From contig OX597824.1 of the NCBI GenBank assembly GCA_951406725.2, positions 18,972,001 to 19,036,000 of the forward strand: DNA of 64,000 bases, in the 5' to 3' direction. This DNA comes from Octopus vulgaris. Taxonomy: Eukaryota. The translations under genes and the position numbers were made by a program. The notes beneath the pieces are model-generated. The model did no database searches. It was not told where the DNA came from and saw only the letters and a program-made list of their open reading frames with translations. How positions within the stretch are numbered: position 1 is the first letter of the stretch; the number at the start of each line of letters is the position of its first letter. Positions 57,590-64,000 of the stretch are shown piece after piece.

Positions 57590-58820
57590 CTAGCTCACTT
57601 CCGTTGTTTACAGCAGTGCTTGAAAGGAAGATGTGTAGCGTGTGATCGTCGCATTTACCATTACAGAGAAAATTGAGTATAAAATCTGCATCAAATTTTG
57701 CCAAAAGCTTGGCGATACCTGCTCAGAGGCCTACGCAATGTTGCGGAAAGCGTATTTAGAGAAGTGTATGAGCCGTACACACAAGTGTACGAGTGTTTGA
57801 GATGTTTCAAAGAAAGTCGAAAAAATGTCACTTATGACGAACGTTCTGGGAGACCTGCAACCAGCAGGACTGAGAAAAACATCGCAGATGTGCGTGCAGC
57901 TGTGAGGGGAAATCGCCGAATCACTATCCCTGAGTTTTCAGAGGGTGTGCAGATTAGTTGCGGTTCAGTTTTGTGCATTATCACTGAAAATTTGGGTATG
58001 TGACGCATGTCAGTGAAGCTTCTGCCAGAACTGCTTTCAGCTGACCAAAAATGCACTTGGGTCTTAGTTGCACAAGATTTCCTTGGTTGTGTCGAGAATG
58101 ATGAAAACTTTTTGAAGATGATCATAACGGGTGATGAATCGTGTCTATGGCTATGGCCCCGAAAGAAAGGATCAGTCTTCGTAGTGGAAGACCCCAACCT
58201 CTCCGAAACCGAAGAAAGCACGAATGAGAAAAAGCAATGTGAACTGTTGACCCTTTTCTTCGATTACAAGGGAATTGTTTATCATGAGTATGCTCCATCT
58301 GGTCAGACAGTAAGCAAGGAGTACTACCGTGACCTTTTGCGGCGTTTGCGGGGTTGTATCCTGTGAAATTTATAGTTTAGCGTCTGTGAAATGACCTGTT
58401 CATTGTGGGTTTCTAAATAAACAGAAATACCTAATAAAATCAACATGTATGATCTTACTGTTTGTTTTTTGTCAGACAGTAAGCAAAGAGTATTACCGTG
58501 ATGTTTCGCGGCATTTGCATGGTGCTATTCATCCGAAAAGGTCACAATTGCATACATCCGGTGAGTAGCAATTGCACCATGACAAAGCCCCTGCATATTC
58601 TGCGCAGCTTGTACAGTAGTTTTTGGCCAGGCACAGCATTCTCCAGGTTCGATAACCACCGTATTCCCCAGATTTCGCCTCTTGCAACTTTTTCCTCTTT
58701 CCAAAAATCAAATCCCGCTTGAAAGAAAGATTTCGGGACGTCTAAGGAAACCAAAGTGAATGCGATGAGGCAGCTGCTAATTATCCCAGAAAACGAGTTC
58801 TAGGAATGCTTCCATCAATT
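57590..58820 (+). mobile_element. Decayed mariner transposase
   Basis: ICIKFCQKLGDTCSEAYAML, DERSGRP, IITGDES, LFFDYKGIVYHEYAPSGQTV..EYY, HDKAPAH and PPYSPDFASCNFFLFPKIK; multiple frameshifts and stops. Confidence 0.92.
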
Positions 58821-59233
58821 TCCTAGAGGACTCCTCTAAGAACTGATGTTTCCCCACAGAGAGCAACATAGACTGCAACTGTCTGACTTCTGCCTTTTAA
58901 AGGGCCATGTAGCCATCCTCCTAATTTTCCAACGATACAAAAGTCACCAAGCATATAGCACACCTTGATGCCAGTCTGAGGAAGTGCCACTCTAATGTCT
59001 AAAACTGCAAACATTACGTAAATTTTCACTTCAAATTTTTGCGTAAACTGGCGTTGCAAATAGAGTTGGTGCAGAAACAATTGTAAATAATCATTAAAGA
59101 TGTGTTAAGGAATTTCCTTCGTCTTCTTATCATTCGGTTTATATATATATAACATTAAATATTAATTTTTTACCAGTAACCAGCTTGAGCCAAAATGTAT
59201 GTAGACGGCAAATATTATTATATTATATGTTTG

Positions 59234-60549
59234 TATAAGAGTTATGCACTGAGGGAAAGCCACTAAGTGGTTTTGCATCACGCAAGGGATCTAGCTTTCT
59301 TCATTCGCATTTTTTAAAAGACTGAAAAATCTGAAAATCGGCTATAACAATACAGTTTTCCAGCTTAATTACTATGAAGGTATGATGTTGTGGAGAAAAA
59401 ATTGGAGGAATAAGTTATAGAGGTTTAAAAATCGAAAAAAATACTGTGTGTTTATAGCCAAAAGCGATACAGAAATTCTCTGCGTTTAACTTTAAGGTTG
59501 TACCCTGTGAAATTTATAGCTTAACGTCCGTGAAATGACCTCTTCATTGTAGGTTTCTAAATAAACAGAAATACCTAATAAAATCAACATGTACCATCTT
59601 ACTGTTTTTTTCTTGTCTCTTCATTGATTGTATGTTTTTATTATTTTTTAAATTTGTAATATTAATATATTTGTCTGCACGTGTCTATGTGCATTTCAGT
59701 ATTATGATTACTATCATGTATTTGTACGCGTCATTAATATATAAGTGCATGTGTATATGAGTGTGTGTGTAAAAAGGAGGAGTATGTCTCCAAAACTTCA
59801 AATTTGAGTAACGTTTTCATGCTTGGATTTGTAAACTACGATAAGAATATCACTGGTCAACAATGAATTTGTCTCAAGAAATTTGTATCTTATATGTTTT
59901 TGCACGCAGGATTTAAAATTAATGTCAAATTATCTGTACTAAGTTCACATGTTCCATTCACCTTCCTAATGCGAAGAAACTGTATAAACATCGCAAACAA
60001 CTTTTGCTATATGTGAAAAATATGTAAAATATTAAAACAATTGGCGAAAAATATCTATAATGAAATTCTAATCCACAAATATAAATTTTTATTAAAACAG
60101 AACTCGTGGGTGAAGTAAATCTCGCGGTGTGCGGGTGAAACACAACACGATGTGCGTTTGTCATGGTAACAAGCTGTTAATGCTTCATTGTCGATTGGCT
60201 AAAATTACCCTAATTTCCCAACATTAATTCCAAATAACATCAGATTCTTTAATTTACGAGATAAAGCAATCGGTTGATCGTAATCAAAATTCAAATTTGC
60301 ATCAATACACCAAAATTGAAAGCAATCTGAGCAAAATTAAAGGTGTGGGGGTCATCTTGCGAATGAAAAAGACTAGATTCTACGCTAAAAATGGAAGTTA
60401 AATCCCAAACCACGAAAAATATATTAATAATTTTGATTTTTTCAACGTGCCAAAATAAGAATAGCTTTTTCGTGGTTTCGAGTTTAACTCCGATTTCTAG
60501 CGTGATGAAAAACCACTTAGTGGCTTTCCCTCAGTGTATAACTCTTATA
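59234..60549. mobile_element. Non-autonomous TIR DNA transposon (~1.3 kb), superfamily unassigned
   Basis: ~50-bp TIRs TATAAGAGTTATGCACTGAGGGAAAGCCACTAAGTGGTTTTGCATCACGC / GCGTGATGAAAAACCACTTAGTGGCTTTCCCTCAGTGTATAACTCTTATA. Confidence 0.85.
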
Positions 60550-60617
60550 CACATATACTGAGCGTAAGCTCCAAAAGCATTTTATTTTAATTCTCTCTCT
60601 GTTTATTTCATCGTGTT

Positions 60618-60655
60618 TCTTTCTGTTGAAGAGCGCAGGCTCGAAACGTAAAAGA
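60618..60655 (+). ncRNA. Hammerhead-like motif with CUGUUGA core (A6U)
   Basis: UCUUU-CUGUUGA-aGAGC gcag GCUC-GAAA-CG-UA-AAAGA. Confidence 0.6.
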
Positions 60656-60741
60656 CTTCCTCACTTTTCCGAGCGTTAAACTAACGCACCTGTTTGTTGT
60701 TTATACACCCGTCTCCGTCTTATGTCTTCCTGTAAATTCCA

Positions 60742-60772
<31 letters not shown>

Positions 60773-61336
60773 GCAAAAAATGGGGCAGGAATGCAACAGG
60801 CGACAACAAAACATCCAGACAGTTCGATGATACAAAAAGGGACAAGGATGGGTCATTGGGAGTATTCTTTCGTCAGTCGAGTTCCAGATCATCTTTGCAG
60901 TTTCGGCTGGTTATACTCGACACTGCTCCAATCTGGCCACACACGCACACACCTTTTTGCATATATAAGTATAAATATAGCGGCGAACTTGCATTGTCAT
61001 TACAGCATCAAATAGAATACATTGCGATATTTTTTTCTACTCTCTACTTTTTGACTTCAAATCCTGTGGATGATAGAACTAACAACCAAATGCTGGAGCA
61101 GATTTTCTTTCCCTTTACCACCCTATCTCTTCCCCCTCTCTCTTTCTCTCCCTCTCTGTTGCATCCTTCAATCTTTTGCTAGTCCTGCGTGGAGTGTCGA
61201 AACGGCATCTACGTCTATTCGCGACATTAAAACGATTAACGAATGACAGCGTGCAACACGTTGATATCAAGTCTTACTCGCTTTTGAACGAACGGTTGTA
61301 AGACGATATACATATGCATAAGTGTATGTATGAATG

Positions 61337-61712
61337 TGGAGGCGCAATGGCCCAGTGGTTAGGGCAACGGACGCGCGGTCGTAAGATTGCGGTTTCGATT
61401 CCCAGACCGGACATTGCGAATGTTTATTGAGCGAAAACACCTAAAGCTCCACGAGGCTCCGGTAGGAGCGGTGGCGGACCTCGCTGTACTCTTTCACCAC
61501 AACTTTCTCTCACTCTTCCTCTTTCTCTTGTACCTGTATTTCGAAGGTCCAGCCTTGTCGCACTCTGTGTCACGTTGAATCTCCCTGAGAACTACGTTAC
61601 GGGTACACGTGTCTGTGGAGTGCTCAACCACTTGTACGTTAATTTCACGAGCAGGCTGTACCGTTGATCGGACCAACAGGAACCCTCGTCGTCGTAAGTG
61701 ACGGAGTGCTAC
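61337..61712 (+). mobile_element. SINE family C, full length
   Basis: Head as at 35967; 3' part matches 3879-3994. Confidence 0.8.
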
Positions 61713-61909
61713 GATGTATTTGTGAGTGTGCGCACGTGTGTGTGTATGTCTATGCTGGAGCACTGCCTTGAGTCGAGCAAATCGACCCCAGGACATATTC
61801 TCTGTAAGCCTAGTACTTATTCTGTCGGTCCCTTTTGCTGAACCGGCTGCGAAACGATGTTATGGGGGGGGGGCAAACACAGACACACAAACATATACAC
61901 ACACATACA

Positions 61910-62315
61910 TAGGCGCAGGAGTGGCTGTGTGGTAAGTAGCTTGCTAACCAACCACATGGTTCAGTCCCACTGCGTGGCACCTTGGGAAAGTGTCTTCTGC
62001 TATAGCCCCGGGCCGACCAATGCCTTGTGAGTGGATTTGGTAGACGGAAACTGAAAGAAGCCCGTCGTATATATGTATATATATATGTGTGTGCGTGTAT
62101 GTTTGTGTGTCTGTGTCTGTCCCCCTAGCATTGTTTGACAACCGATGCTGGTGTGTTTACGTCCCCGTCACTTAGCGGTTCGGCAAAAGAGACCGATAGA
62201 ATAAGTACTGGGCTTACAAAAGAATAAGTCCTGGGGTCAAGTTGCTCGATTAAAGGTGGTGCTCCAGCATGGCCGCAGTCAAATGACTGAAACAAGTAAA
62301 AGAGTAAAAAGAGTA
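61910..62315 (+). mobile_element. SINE family A, flanked by inverted family A fragments (61753-61905, 62330-62497)
   Basis: Identity to the other copies. Confidence 0.9.
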
Positions 62316-63108
62316 ATATACACATATATACGTCGGGCTTCTTTCAGTTTCCGTCTACAAAATCCACTCACAAGGCTTTGGTCAACCCGAGGCTATAGTA
62401 GAAGAAGACACTTGCTCAAGGTGCCACGCAGTGGGACTGAACCCGGAACCATGTGGTTGGTAAACAAGCTACTTACCACACAGCCACTTCTACGCCTGTG
62501 TAATTATTATAATTATTTTTACTATTTTCTCATATTTACATATTTATTTGCTCGTTTTTCTTTTTAATATATTTAATGTTTCGTCTGGGTTTTTCTTCAG
62601 TCTTCTAAAATTATGCCATGTATTTCATCTGTCTAAATATTTTTGCGTGTTCGGATATTTTTTCTTCCGTTTCTTTTTCTTCTTTTTCTCTCTCATTTTT
62701 TTTTTATCTTCAAAACCTTCCAAAATATTCTGGTGGATCTTGCTTGCGCTTTTACATAAAGAATGTTAAGTAAAAGCATGTTGTTGTTGTTTTTTTTTAT
62801 CGTTGTTGTGGTTGTTGTTGTTATTGTTGAATTCTGTAAAAAGAACAACGAGAGTAAAAAAAAAAATATATGAAATAAATAAAAAGAAAAACAGACAGCC
62901 ATTGCTAGAGAACCTTGGTTTTGGGGTAGCTTGACTCCCTCTGCTAACACCAAACGAACACTGATGCAGTGGAAAGCAACCCCTTGTGGTTAAAACAATA
63001 ATAATAATAACAACAACAATAATAATAATAATAATAATAATGATAATAATAATAATAACAATAATAGTAACAATAATAATAATAATAATAATAATAATGA
63101 TAATAATG

Positions 63109-63159
<51 letters not shown>

Positions 63160-63561
63160 TTAATAAAGAGTGGGGTGGCAAAGAAAATGATACGCAACGT
63201 TTGAGAAGTAGAGATAATATTTCTGTTGTAGCCTACATATATATCCCAGGGTTACTTCAGTTTGTCTCTGTGTTTGCAGCCTTCTACAACTCACACATAT
63301 ACATACACACATGTACGCATGCGTTCTCGTATACAAGCACACACGAGTATATAGGGACCTGTACACGCGTACACGCGCTCTTTTAGTCATGGCGCAAATT
63401 ACGTTCTTAGCATCCGCTCTTATTTCATTTTTACTTTCTACATATTTTTTTCCCTCCCTTGTTATTCTGGGCCTTGGTGTATAGTAACATAATAACCAAG
63501 TAAGGGTTTAGTGTGCCTCGCTATGTCTATGTGTGTATGTGTGTGTGTGTGTGTGTGTGTG

Positions 63562-63595
<34 letters not shown>

Positions 63596-64000
63596 TGTGT
63601 GTGTGTCTGTGTGTTGAAGGGGTGATATGGCTTGGTTTACGAAAACTTATTAACCACATGATAAACCTTATTCCTGTGAGACACCCCACCGCCCACCCCA
63701 TGAAATCTGAAGATTCTTCAGAAGAAGATTCTTACCATAGCTAGAATGATAAGAAATTTACTGAGCATCTTATATCTTTGTGTAGTCTGGTCTAGCATGG
63801 ATAATTCTTGTGTCTTTTTGTAATTTCTTTTTTTACATTCGTATCTACTTCTCTGGTAATTCCATAAGATTCTACAATTACAGTATATTCTAAAACGCAA
63901 AGGTGTTTCCTAAATACACTCTTGTTAATCAAAGCTGAAATTCAGTTTGACAATGAAGAAGGTTGTAGAAATTATATAATGGGTGATGCTGCAATGATTG

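Noticed and set aside
60890-60940. Minus-strand CAGCCGAAACTGCAAAGA as a hammerhead
   Set aside because: No recognisable core 5' strand or UH site.

Overview
AT-rich, microsatellite-saturated eukaryotic DNA, intronic or intergenic. The SINE repertoire and repeat style suggest an octopus/coleoid cephalopod genome (inference from recall, not a database search). No intact host protein-coding gene can be supported; almost all ORF-track entries are simple-repeat translations. The window holds many tRNA-derived SINE copies from several families, decayed LINE fragments (RTE; R4/Dong-type restriction-like endonuclease ends), a Penelope-like element (RT + GIY-YIG) split by an inversion, a decayed mariner transposase, two TIR elements and a probable solo LTR. 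The most striking signal is about 16 well-formed and 3 degenerate minimal type-I hammerhead ribozyme motifs, carried by roughly ten unrelated short non-coding elements that mostly sit next to (TA)n tracts and are often inverted-duplicated. These include a family with a fixed non-canonical core (CUGUYGA) and a tRNA-headed SINE-like element with a hammerhead tail. A ~550-bp non-coding element occurs 7 times, oriented with (AAT)n tracts and twice beside Dong-like LINE ends.
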